Assembly (NCBI GenBank): GCA_026914245.1
Contig: CP110439.1
Location: forward strand, 124,001 to 188,000
Length of the DNA: 64,000 nucleotides
DNA from: Puccinia triticina
Taxonomy: Eukaryota
Reading direction: 5' to 3'
In this document: positions 13,480 to 27,918 of the stretch, piece after piece
How positions within the stretch are numbered: position 1 is the first letter of the stretch
Layout: every line of letters begins with the position of its first letter
Program-made: the position numbers and the translations under genes
Notes under the pieces: model-generated
Seen by the model: only the letters and a program-made list of their open reading frames with translations
Database searches by the model: none
What the model was told of the DNA's origin: nothing

Positions 13480-14598
13480 TGTGGTGTGCTGTGCCTGTTG
13501 CAATTCCAAAAGGAAATATGAAAAGGCATCATGATAGTACAGTTACATACAGGTGGAACCCATTACAAGAGGAGGAGATAATCTTACACAACAGTTACAA
13601 CATTTACACACATACACCCTTTGGTAGCCACGGCGGATTGGACAGAAGAATACACAACGTAGATCCGAGGACGAGGGAGGAGGAAGGAAGGAGGACCAGA
13701 AAGAGGCTTTGACCCCCAAATCCTGGAAAGGATGAATATTCTAGTTGGGTGCAGAGTGCATGGAAGGTGGCTTGGTTACATAGCAACTCATTCTGAAGGA
13801 TATGGAAGGTGGCTTGGGTATACTACATAGCAACGCATGACATCAGGCAGTGCAATATATGCAGGCAGATAAGGTGTACAAATAGTGTCACTGCGGCATA
13901 ATTCCCTCATTGTTTGTGTGGCCGTGCAGTACAGGTGTACATATGCTGTGCAACTGGGATTCCCTGCAGCTAAATTCCCTCAAGCACATCCCCCTGGAGC
14001 TAAAATCCCTCACTCTTCAATATAAAAGAAGCTCTTCTCCCCCCCATAATTTCTCTTTTTCAGCATCAACCTAGAGAGGTCTGGTCACATATGGTAGTTT
14101 AGCAGTAGTAGTCTTGAGTAGCGTAGAGTCAGTCAGTCAGTAGAGTGTTAGTACAGTAGTAGAATCAACAACCAACCAACAACCAACCAACCAACCAACA
14201 ACCAACCAACCAACCAACAACCCATTCTCCTTATTAGCATATTAGTAGTAGTAGTAGTAGAAGTAGTAGAAGTAGTAGTACAAATTATAACATCAACAAC
14301 AGTAGAGGAACTTCACCATAACAAACCACATTATCCTTAGTTTTAACCGGTCTGAAAACACATTGAATTAGATATTTAGGTCTGATAGAGATTACTATGT
14401 AAAAGTAAGAGCTATCTTGGAATCTGCCACATTTTCTTAAATATTGATTACAAGACTCTTGGTTATTTGCATAGTACTATTAGAGGGGCAGGTCTTTCAA
14501 AACCACCCGTAGATTTTAATAGCCTTTCAACCTATCATACAATTTATTTCCCCCTCAAAAAGGAACTTCGATTACCCATCCATCCCTGGAGTCCTACA
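13480..14598 (+). mobile_element. Solo LTR (about 1.1 kb)
   Basis: TGTGG...CCTACA ends with GCGT on both flanks. Internal TATAAAAG and (CAAC)n/(AGT)n microsatellites. It splits a terminus motif that is intact at 46398-46475. Confidence 0.65.
14165..14280. repeat. (CAAC)n and (AGT)n microsatellites inside the LTR
   Basis: Read directly from the sequence. Confidence 0.85.
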
Positions 14599-15037
14599 GC
14601 GTCAAATTCTCCCCTGGTGTATATTTGCAAATAACCACTGAAATCAATTTCAACTCTCACGAACCTGTTGTTGAACAACTTCATCTGGAACAGACCAATC
14701 CTATCACTTGATTAAAACTTGCCAAGCTTAGCTTGGTGGGTCTGGTCAGCTGACAGCCAGAAGGTCAGATTTTGCACCTCCGTCATCCACTTCACCATTC
14801 AGCAAAAGGGTTTTACAAACACTTTTGAGTCTTACACCAGTCATCAAATGTAGAATCCCTCCCTGAAAGCTGGTTATTTAGTTGAGGATGTCTCTCCACT
14901 GTGGAAATTCTCTCAATGGGGAGATAGGATCTTGGAAGGGAAATATAGATGTCACAGGTATTGTCACACTGCACAGGTGCTTGAAGGGCTGCCCTCCTTC
15001 AATAAGCTTCTGGGAGAATTTTACACCAAGAATTTAT

Positions 15038-16180
15038 CTAGCTTAACAAAGCCACTCAAACGGAGGTCTGGGGGAACCACACAGAGCGCTCTCCGTAGGA
15101 GAGGCTTACTTGCTATCCCTCAATTTTGGCAGGAGCAGAAGGGATATTCAGTGCAAAAAATATAAATTCAGCCCTATAAATTGTAATAAAAACAACAAAA
15201 GAAAACTGAATATACAGTCTTGTAGCCTTGATAAATGCGCAAATTTTGACACCTGTTCCAGACTCTCAATCCAAAGACTGCAATCTCTAGTGGCAAAAGT
15301 GTCCAGGAATCTAGCTCAAGGCAGCAAAAAAAAATTCCAAACCATGTCTTAAGTTTGGAAGATCCATGTGTGGATCCACATTTGGCCAATGGGAAGCACA
15401 GGACCCTGGAAACCCCCTATAGATGTGGGTAACCAAAAATCCAAGATTTTGGCAAAATTCATACATTGGGGGGCACCGGGGAATGGTTTTTTTTGGCTGA
15501 TTCATACATTTTCGTGCCTATGCCTGGGGCAAAATTGCCCCGGAGAGCCCAAAGTCCCCAAAGGTAAGCGGGGTTCTGCGGATTTTAGGGGATTTAACTG
15601 AGTATCAGCAGAAATCCATACATAAATGCCATCTTTGGTGCGGACCCTTTTGGGTTCCATACCCCATTCATACCAATTTCGTGCCTAACATTTTGCAAAA
15701 AAATGTAAAAATTCATACATTTAGGTTACCCACCTACATCGGGGGTTTCCAGGGTCCTGGAAGCACAGTGGTGATCTTAGCTTATGTACATACAATGTGT
15801 CAATTTACATACAACCTAGAAAGCATGCAGATTTGTTGGTCCACAGGATCTACAAGCAATACAGCCTTGTGAATCCTTGTGCAGATCCATTTCTTGAGAA
15901 GTCACTTTTCATAAATTTATTAAGAATACCTTGAGGGTGATACAAAAATTCTGAGGAGACAGAATTGTAGAGGAGATGTCAAAGGGTCAGAAATCTGTGG
16001 CTCAAACCTTTGAAGGTGCTGGGGGTGGAGCTATTAAAACGTTAAAAAACCTTACAGCCATTTGGTACTTTCTGCTCCCCTATGAAATTGGGGATAATAT
16101 GCAAGTCCCTCCCTGCGGGAGGGGCCGCTTCGCGGCCAGCCACAGTGAGCCTCCCACCAGGGGGACTTGTGTTAAGTTAG
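15038..16180 (+). mobile_element. Non-autonomous DNA transposon with 9-bp TSD (AcademH-type), copy A
   Basis: Short TIR CTAGCTTAAC...GTTAAGTTAG; perfect TSD AGAATTTAT (15029-37 / 16181-89); GC-rich subterminal hairpins; inverted copy at 48845-50036. Confidence 0.85.
15400..15758. mobile_element. MITE with 8-bp TSD, nested in copy A
   Basis: TIR AGGACCCTGGAAACCCCC...GGGGGTTTCCAGGGTCCT; TSD GGAAGCAC. The empty site is present in copy B (~49435-49450). Confidence 0.9.
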
Positions 16181-16690
16181 AGAATTTATAGTGTGGTGCA
16201 ATCTTTAGATATCATTGGCCGTCCTGAACACATATAAATTTGGTGTTATACCCCGATCACCTCCGGTGATAAGTCGCGCAATTTATAACTGAATTTGGGG
16301 CGTCCAAACGGGGCCTTAGTGGACTCTTAACTTCCCACAAATAAAATATTTTCTAGTTTTGGCATGGTTGAGCTTCTCATACATACTCAAATATTTGCTT
16401 ATTTATGAATATGTAGCAGCTTCTGTCCAAACTGAAACACCCCTTTTTGGATGATTCTGCCCAACAATGGTCAGACGCTGGTCCCACTGGAGCGGAAACC
16501 ATCCGATGAATATGCAAAGTGCGTTTGGGTTGTGGGTCGGGGTCCAGTAAGCCAAAAGCCTGAGAACACCGGAATTTGTACCTGCCTCCAAGTTCCCCTC
16601 ATCCTACATATAATTCATTCAACCCAGCCGAATATCAACACCCATCTGCTACCGAAAGCCAATTCACCCATACCCATCTGCTATCTCGAA

Positions 16691-18667
<1,977 letters not shown>

Positions 18668-19115
18668 AAACCACAGGTACTGATCTCACCAACCGGTCAG
18701 ACAATCCCGTTGCCAGATACATTTTCCCCAATCCACATGCGCCCCCTCCCTTTCCCTCGTTTTGATGCGCTCATGCTTTAATAACCTTGTTCGCTTTGAT
18801 TCTGCTACATTGAACTTGTTTCTTACCAAAAAAATACACTGAACAACATCTACGGGAAGGGAAACTGGACTCGTCACAAACTAGACAACACATGAAATAA
18901 AACTGGAAGCCCACATCCTCCGATAAATTGCAGATGACATTGATATTCGCGACAACTTAACTCAAGTTCAGAAATGCACATTATGCAGTTAAAACTCGAT
19001 TTCGAGGACGCCTGGCTGGCAGTACCAAGCACATTGATGTGATTGCTTGGATGTACAAAGAGACTAGATACAGGTTGTGATGATTTCTATGGGACTGAGA
19101 GAGCTTTGCGGAGGA

Positions 19116-22100
19116 TCAAGGCGTGTCCATGTTATCAGCAATAATTTTATACCGTTTGCGGTCTCGTTTGGATGAGCCATCGAGACCAAACAACATGTTC
19201 CACCTTTTCCGCAGCAACTTCGATTGTCCACCAACCCATAGAGCAATTGGTTGAGTAGCATAATTCTCAAAGATCCAACTGGAAAAGATGTTGAAAAAGA
19301 TCCACAGGAGCAACTCTAGTCGGAGCGCATAGTCCAGCGAAACTAACTCGAGTAGGTTGAAAAGAAAACCTGAGTCGACGAAGAGCAGGTTGAGTGAAAA
19401 CCCGCCAAGAATTAAGAGGCACAACACAAGCAGATCTACCGGAAAGAATTTATGATTATTAGTCCACCGCGCAGCGCTCGGCGTAAGTGTGATAGGATTC
19501 AGACTAACAGTTCGAAAAGATTGGCTTCCGATAAGGAGGTCCGACTGAGAAAGTGGCAGCGACTAAAATGTATTGAAAGATTGAGACGAGGAAGAGGGCC
19601 GAATTTTCCTGATTAGTTGTCGGTAGTTTTTCGCCATTCGCCGGAACTTGAATTGGTTCGTGCTGCGAAGCAACCCGCAAGAAGACCAGCAACTGGATAG
19701 TGGAGTTGATAAGGACCTGGCCGAGAAGCGAGGTGAGTACTCTCTTGGATACTAGGTTCGCGGTGGGTCTTTTGGCTGCTATCCTGCCATAGGGGTGCGT
19801 TCTTCCCATTGTGACAGCAACCGGGATGATGATAAATAAATCAATGTACAGGAACTATAATATCAGAAAGGTGTGATTAGTATTGCTAAAATAACCTTGA
19901 TGCAATTGAGAGTGTAAACAAAAACCTACCTGAAAGTCTCCCAATGATGAAGGTAGACTATAGAGTAGAGTGATTGTGGTGAACTGGATGAGGCTGTAAA
20001 GGGCCATGTACTTAAAGCATGAAAAACTGGTGACCAGAGCGCATCGACCCTCTCTTATGAGTTCGATAAAGCAGGTAATCTCAGGTTGTCGGCTGGTGAA
20101 TGGAGCAGCCACAGAGGCTTCGGCTTCTGAAAGTGACAGACCAACATCGGCTGCTTTCAAGGCACCGCAATCGTTGGCCCCATCCCCGCAAAAACCAACG
20201 GTGTAGTCTAATCCTTGTAGCTGCTCCACCAATTCGTGTTTTTCGTCGGGCGACATCCGGGCAAATATGACACCTTTGTAGAGCATCTGCAATGCACCCA
20301 CCGGGCAATGAGCATGTAGACAAAATGGTACGCGGAATCAAAATACACTAACTCTTTCAATGGTTTCGAGTGAACCATAGTCCATAATCCAACGAAACAC
20401 ATCGCCGCTGACTGCAAGCACGTAATCTTCAGACCGGACAGTTGTGGCACGGGAATCCATGGACCTTGTATCGCTTCCTTCATTTTCATTAGGAATAGGC
20501 TATCCAGACGAGGGAAGAAACAAATGATACGGTCAGATGAAGAGATCGTGAAGATCAAAGATTGTAAGGAGTCTAACCATGAGCGAGTAAGGATCTAGGA
20601 GAGCAGACTCATTATCGATGTCAAACCATGCGATACTTGAATCCGCAAGACTTGATGAGCCTAGGAAAACAAGTTGCATTAGATCAACTTGATGGTCGAT
20701 GAAGATGATGATGCCAGAAGACGCGTACCTGAAACAAACGTGGGAAGGTAAACACGCATAGACTCTTCTATCATACCACAATCTCGACCGACACTGATGG
20801 CAGTGCGGATGTTATCCCCAGTACACATGCGTACACCAATGTGTGCGTTCTTTAATATTTGGATTGCGGGTTCAGTCCCTAGCTTCAATTTATTTTCGAA
20901 TATAACAAATCCAATAAATCGAAGTTCAGATTCAACCTGCGATCTCGTTAGCCGCTGTGCTTTGATCCACGAAAGTTTGGGAAAAGATTTGGCTGCCACA
21001 GCGATTACACGGTAGCCATGCCGCGTATAGAAGTTCAAAAACTCATCGTAATCTGCCGGAACTATAGAATAGGAGGGTTTAGAGTCATCGGTGGATAATG
21101 ATAATGGTAAGCCAAACTATACTCACGCGTCTCTTTCATACAAATTTCCACCATTGCTTCAGGGGCGCCTTTGACGTACGCCTCGATAGTCGAGGATTTG
21201 AGTTTCTTGACCAGAACACTCATCCTCCTCAACTCGGATGCGAAATCGAAAGTTCGAATGATTCCTAATTCTAGAAATCGGGTAGATTTTAAAGCATCTT
21301 CTACTTCAAATGTGGAGCCACCTGGCGGTCGTACGATGGTTTGAACTAAAGCAGCTTGACGTTCAATCATTTTAGGGGTTTCTAAAAAAAAGAAACAAAA
21401 AATACCAATTAGTAACAATGGGTATGCGACCTAGCTGTGAGATTAAGGAATGTCGGAGAAGGAGATTTACTATGTGGTTGTGACGATAGCAAAATTTGAT
21501 TCTGATCTGGCAGATTACTGGGACCTAAACTATCACCAGCTTCTTCCATTGACCAGCCTGTGAATTCGAACATGCGCAAGTCCAGCGGATCCCCTATGAT
21601 TTGACCGTTCACAGCTTTTAACCCATGGCACGTAGCAAGTGCATGGACTAATGGCGTCTTGAGGTCCTCAGCACCAATTACAGGTACATTATTGATTTCG
21701 TCGTAAAGTTCACTAAAGTTGCCATCCGATCTATCGACTGTCCTGACGCCAAGAATATCAAGCCCTTCTTCGGTCAATGTGCCTGTCTTATCAAAACATA
21801 CCAAGTTAATTTTCCCTCCAATATTAACCCGGTTGGGAGATATACAAAATATGTTTCTTTTGCGTAGGCGAGACATAGCAAAGGTAGTGCCGATCGACAT
21901 GGTGGCTGGTAACGCGGGAGGGACGACGATGGTAATCAAGTCAAGCGCCCGAACCATTATCGTACGCCAGTCGATCCCCATTCGCAAGAAATTGATCGAA
22001 CTTCCTATGAATCCGAAACTAGCTATGAGGGCCAAGGCCCCAATGAATCGAAAAGAATCCCGGTAAAAAGCGAAGTCCATGGGTTTGGGAAATAGCATCG

Positions 22101-24639
22101 ATCGGACCAAGGCGCCTTTTGTAGTACTGAAACCAGTCCTGATGACCATAGCTAGAGCTGCATTTTCAGAAACCGAGCCTTTCGACCGAGCCAATTGGTT
22201 GGCTTTGCGAACTCGGATGACGTTGGTCCCACAAAACAAGATGTGCTTGGCGAGTGCCGGAGAGGGGTCACCGTTTAATGAAGTCATCAAACCCAAATTG
22301 GAGCTGGGGAGCGCAAACTTTGACACCGGCACCGATTCACCTGTGAGCATGGATTCGTTGACGATGGCATCTCCTGAGAGTAAGAGCAAATCTGCTGGAA
22401 AGGTATGGAGACTAGTTTCGGATACGTCGATGACGTCGCCAGGAACAAGCTCGGTTGACTCGGCGGATTGCCCTTTCAACGGATGCAGAGAGGCTGGGTT
22501 ACCTCGCGTGCCAATATCAAAATGCACTGGATACGGAAATGGAATCACCTACAACTAGAACCCCGTAGAACCTTAATCGCACAAGTAAACCTCGAAAGCT
22601 CGCGCATACGAGCAAGGGTCTGGGTACAAGGCAGCAGCAAAATTATGAAGGGTTAGGCTGACTGGTGGCTCCAAGCATGCAATAAAAACACCAACTCTTT
22701 TCATATCCATCAATGTGGATAGTACACTGATCACACTGATCAATGCGATGCAAAAAGCATAGTCTAACAAATGGAATTGTTAGTACAGGAATGATGGATT
22801 GCGAAAGGATGGGAGACTCACAGTAATAGTCATCGGCTGACCATAAGATGATTGAGGCGATTTGAAAGATATAGAACGGATGAAGAACCTAGAGGAGTAA
22901 GAGCTCGGATTAGAAAAAATGGCATACATACAACAAAAACAACGAAGACTAGAAGTCATGAGATAGGAAGTAGGACTTACTTCGTCCATTAAAAGCTGCG
23001 ATGTGCTTTTACCAACCACTTCTATGATATTATTGCCAAATAGTTGGGCGCGATGGAGGCTTTCTTGTTGGTCTAATCCCGCAGCAAGATTGGCTACAGA
23101 TGTCGACCATGCAGGATCCTGCCAGTCACGAGCCCTCATAAAGGCTTGAGTGATAGGATGCAGCAAGAAACGATGGTAGCGAAAGTCGATATAGCGAATC
23201 TCTGTTAAGTACAACTCGGATAGCCGCTGGTTGACGGCCACTTGGGGTACCGGACCAATAGGGTCAGGATGCGAAGACGAGACGCCCGTATTATCACTTA
23301 AGGAAATCAAGGGCTCGTCTTTGGTGGTCGGAGGGACTCGGAGGCTCGGAGGACAGAGCGTAGAAAGCTTGACGGGTTGATTGAAAGTGAGTGTTTGAAG
23401 ATCAATTATGTCCGGCTGGCCATATTCGGTGTAGGCCACAACGTGGGAGGCTTGATTGAACGGTTCCAAAATTCCCATCTTTAATCTCCAGGCTACTTTC
23501 CAGCGTCCTACCAGCCATAGTACGCCAGCTGACATGACAGATCCTAGCCACCAGAGGGCGACTCTCCAACCGACAGACCTCCAGCCAAGAAATTGGACCT
23601 GCAGGTCATCTTCGATTATATAAACCGATTGAGTTGATAAACGCTGTGCCTTGGTCATTTCGATGTCTGAGGGGTGCCAACTGTGGGACTTGATGCCCGG
23701 CAGAGGATGAGTGAGGGGTATAACCTCGATGCGATGATCATTTAGGCCATCCGTTCTTCTGTTGAGTAGGGAAGATTCGGATGATGAAGGATCCGAATTG
23801 GACGTTGAAGTCGAGTTTGAGGAAGCCGAAGATGAGCGATCAAGGCTATCAGTCTCGTCAGGCCAGCCATCATCTGACTCATGAGACGTGTTTGCTGCAG
23901 CTGACCTCGCTTTGGATCGGTTTGATTTGAGGCTACGCCAGGTAGAGCTTTTGATGGATCGAATCGATCTACTCTGAGATTGGCGTCGTTGTTTGTTATT
24001 GACAGTGTGATAATGATAGTTTTCACGATTGGAACTTGCGCGAGAGTCTCTACTGCGGGATCGACCCTTTCCCTTGAGAAAGGCAGATAAGTTGTTAAAA
24101 AATCCAGACTCTGGCTCTTCGGTGGGAGTCGTTGGAATATGGTCTTGAGTCCTGGTTTTGGACAAATCGGCTCGACGACGCGAAGATGCCACGCTAACGC
24201 CTGCCTCACTTTTCCGATCATCCTGTGCCCGGTGGGATCGATTAGATTTACTTGGGGCGCGACTCCGTACAGATCGACTTCCGATAGATGGTTTCCTTCG
24301 ACTTGGGGGACGAGAATCACGAATTGAAGTTCCTTGCCTTCGACTGCGAGTGCTCCTGCATGACCTGGAGTCAAACCGGCTATCCAAGTGCATCGTCGTG
24401 ACACTACTGGGGGTAACTTCTGCAACGGGGCCTGAAAACATCGATCCATCTGGGTCGTCATAAATAGGGAGATCTTGACTTTCATCGGCTCCAGACGGCT
24501 CAGGTGAGCTAGGATGATCCCCTCGGTCGTCGAATTGGAAACCATACACGTTATCTTCATCCTGGCCAGCAGTTGCCTCATCTTGATGGCGAGACGGCCT
24601 GGCGGATGTGGAATCCATCTTGCCAGCGAGCTCCGACAT
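19116..24639 (-). CDS. YPK9: P5B-type ATPase (YPK9/ATP13A2-like, polyamine transporter family)
   Basis: PPALP (P5B signature in M4), [39 protein letters not shown]. Long Arg/Ser-rich N-terminus. The start is 24639 or 24618. Confidence 0.93.
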
Positions 24640-26210
24640 GCGCTGGTAAAATCGGGCTGAAGTTGGCAACAAACATTAGTCCACTGCGATAAATTGATGG
24701 TGATAAGAAGGACGTACTTGGTTAGAGATGACTGGCTTTCTCTTCCGATATATCGATTGGCTTCCTGGAAGAGTTGAAGATGTTCGGGTTTATGTTGTAT
24801 GCGCCGGTCGTTTGCTAGTGCTGCACAGCAGTTGCTGAGTTTGTCGGGATTGTGTGCTGCTGTGGAGACCCGAGACACTCAACCCAACAGCCGTCGCCAA
24901 CCCACGCCACCATTATGTATTCATAAATTCCTTTCTCAACTTTCCGCCAGACAAAAAAATAATGCTCCCATCATGCTCTGTTGGACTCATTTGAATCTGT
25001 TGCATGCAACTCTTCACCAGTAATTGCCGCGAGATTTTCCAGTCCGCTCTGTCCCTGGAAAAGGTACATATCCATCAAAGTGCTGAACCATGTGATTCCA
25101 TCAACACATAGTCTTGCAGCCCAAAACCAGCCAAACCACGACAATTTCCGCGTGACCTTTTATTGACTGATCAATTGAGGTATTCAAAGTTGAAATCATG
25201 AAATTTTCAATACCTAAAATGATAAAACTTTAAGTGATGGTTTTTCTATGTACCATTTTAGAAATATTGGACTAGGTTGAGTGTTGGGGTGCTATATATA
25301 TTTTGTTCAGCTTGGAAGTTTATGACTTGATGGTATTATGATTTCATGCAAGTCAACAATAAGCTGTGGAGGAAAATAGCTCCAAATGAAGACCAGAAGT
25401 GGCCTCAGCAAACCAGTTTTTAGGCCAAGACCAGGGTGCAAGAGAGTCAATTGTGAACCCCAGGGTTGCCCGTGTTCTCGATCAAGGAGTTCATTTACCT
25501 TGGCCACTTTTCAAGAGACTGAAAGAGTGGCCTAATCAAGTAGTTTAGCTCGTATGACATGTTGATACATTACAAATCAAACAACCACATTTATTCAACG
25601 CCCCAAAATCAACAAACCACTACCCGTGTACAACAAGGAAGACAAAGGAAACATGATGTGTGAGGGTTCCTGCAAGGCGCTTCGCTTCTTGTTTGGACAT
25701 CGGAGTGTGTATTTATATAATGCAAGCTTTCCATTTTATCTTTATTTGGAAATTTTAAAGATGAGAAAAGAGACAGAAAAAAGTGAATGATGTGCAAGAA
25801 TCTAACATAAGCAAACTGAAGGAAAAAACAAAGCCCCAGCCTCGATAAGTAGCTCAAAAAAGCAAACAGAAAAACAGCAATATTAAGAGGGGAAGGAAAA
25901 ACGGTGTTTTATCTGGGTGGAGAGAAAGACACGTATTTTTCCGGACCAGAGCAACAAACACAGTCCATGATCATATGAAAAGCAGCCATGATAAGATAAA
26001 TGCCAGGGAAAAATTAGGATTAGAATAAGTGCAAGATCAAAGACGGTGAACGGTGAGGGAATATAAACTAAGAGTAAATCACAAGGGCAATCATGTAGAT
26101 TGGTTGAGAGGGAAAGGAGATTTCTGGATATGTTGAGCAATGAAAATACTTTTGTTTGTTTGTAACCCAGGAAAGATAGGAAAGTCGCAAAAGGCGAGGT
26201 GTGTATACGT

Positions 26211-27918
26211 TCAGACATAACCCTAGAAATGATCCCACAAGGCATTGATTAGTAATTCAGGCATGAAAAAAAAGGTTATAGACCAGAGTGATTGATGACT
26301 TACGGCAGCTGCCAGATTTTTCCTGAGGATTGATTCCTGAACTCCGGCTAGAACAACGGATATCTCTGTGGGAAGGTTGAAAAAAGAAGGTCAGCCGATG
26401 GTTCTGGGGGAAGTCGGGGAGGAAGTGAGTCGGCTTACGCTGTGAATCGGTGGCACAGGTGAAGTGGGTGATAATGTCCTTGTTTGGGTCTCGACACAAC
26501 TGCAAGATATTCCGGTGGATGAACTTAGCCGCGGATTCGTAAGAGTTGTCACCGTCGTAGTCAGGAAACCGGACCGAGAGTGGTGAAGTCAGCAGTTTGG
26601 CTTTGAAGAGATCTATCTTGTTGAAGACTGTTTGGAAGATCGGTCAGTACACTGGGTAAGGTGGGCAGACTTGTTCACAGGAGATAGAACCAACAGAGGA
26701 TCATTTGGGTCTGGCGAAACCACTGAGAGTTGCAGATCGAGTCAAACAGCGTAGCAGCTTCTGACATCCGATTCTAAAATTTGGTGAAGCTCAGCTCGAT
26801 GAAGAAATTTAAGGAGATACACGAGACAAGACTCTTCACTTACTACACACTCGTCTTCATAGAGTACCTGGTCGTATTCATTGATGGCCACAAAGAAAAT
26901 CAGAACATTCACGTTCTCAAAGCAATGAATCCTGGCGGGGGGGAGGGGGGGTAAGAATGAGATCGGGTAAGCATCGTGGAAATCAGGACTGTGTAGTTCG
27001 ATAAGCGCAGCCAGCCTACCATTTCTTACGCTCGGACCGCTGTCCACCCACGTCAAAGACTTTCCATATCAGCTGGCCAACGTGAAATTTGCTCTCGGAG
27101 ATACCGGTGGATTTGACTCGCGATCGAACGATGTCTTGTTCTGTGGGAATGTAGCCCGGCTGCGCGATACGGACAATGTTGTCAAAATAGCTGATGCGAA
27201 AAGAACAAGCAGAAGAACATTGATTTAGCGCGTGTCATTTTGCTTTTGTTTTGTTTTGGAATCTGGTAACTTGATAATGGGAACTTGGCTGACTATGAGG
27301 CGGAATCGTTGAGCTGATATAAATGGCTGAGTGCGACGGCTTGTTTGAGCCCTGGGCGAGACCAGAGTTGACAGATCGCGTCAGCCACCTTGGGGTCCAG
27401 ACAGGGTCTATCGTGGGAATCGGGCGGGAGAGTAAGTAGAAGATCGATCCGTTCGGCGTCGCCCTGCTCGGCAGGAATTGTGATATGTTGAAGAGCGGGA
27501 AGGGCGTCGAGTACGACCTGAATGGAAGTGATGGTGTTGGCGAAGATTACTTCACGATAGCTTTCTCGTTCGGCTTGAGTGTAGGGTTGGTCCCATAAAC
27601 ATTTCATTTGCTGTTATATTGATCATTGAGCCTTCGTCAGTAGAAAGTCATCCGAATGGTGTGATGGATGGCGCACCTTGACCAGTGTAGATTTACCGGA
27701 TTCTCCGGCACCAAGGAGTAGAATTTTGATTTCCTTCCTGGATTATTTCAAGGGCACAGCAGAAAGCGGAATGAGATGAGCTTCGAAGCAGTATTCAAAA
27801 AAGGGAATCATCTTACGCACCTGGCGTTACTTCGATCCTTCCTAAGCTGAGCATCGATGGCCGCGCTGCGATTGCTGGCATCGCGGTCTTCCGCCGGTTT
27901 CGAAGGCCCGCAACCCAT
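26211..27918 (-). CDS. Heterotrimeric G-protein alpha subunit
   Basis: MGCG lipidation N-terminus; [42 protein letters not shown]; spliced C-terminus RKNLAAAGYV*. Confidence 0.95.

Noticed and set aside
23742..24878. 378-aa alternative-frame ORF overlapping the P5B ATPase
   Set aside because: No recognisable motifs; it runs through a probable 5' UTR intron and overlaps a low-complexity exon, so it is likely a shadow ORF.
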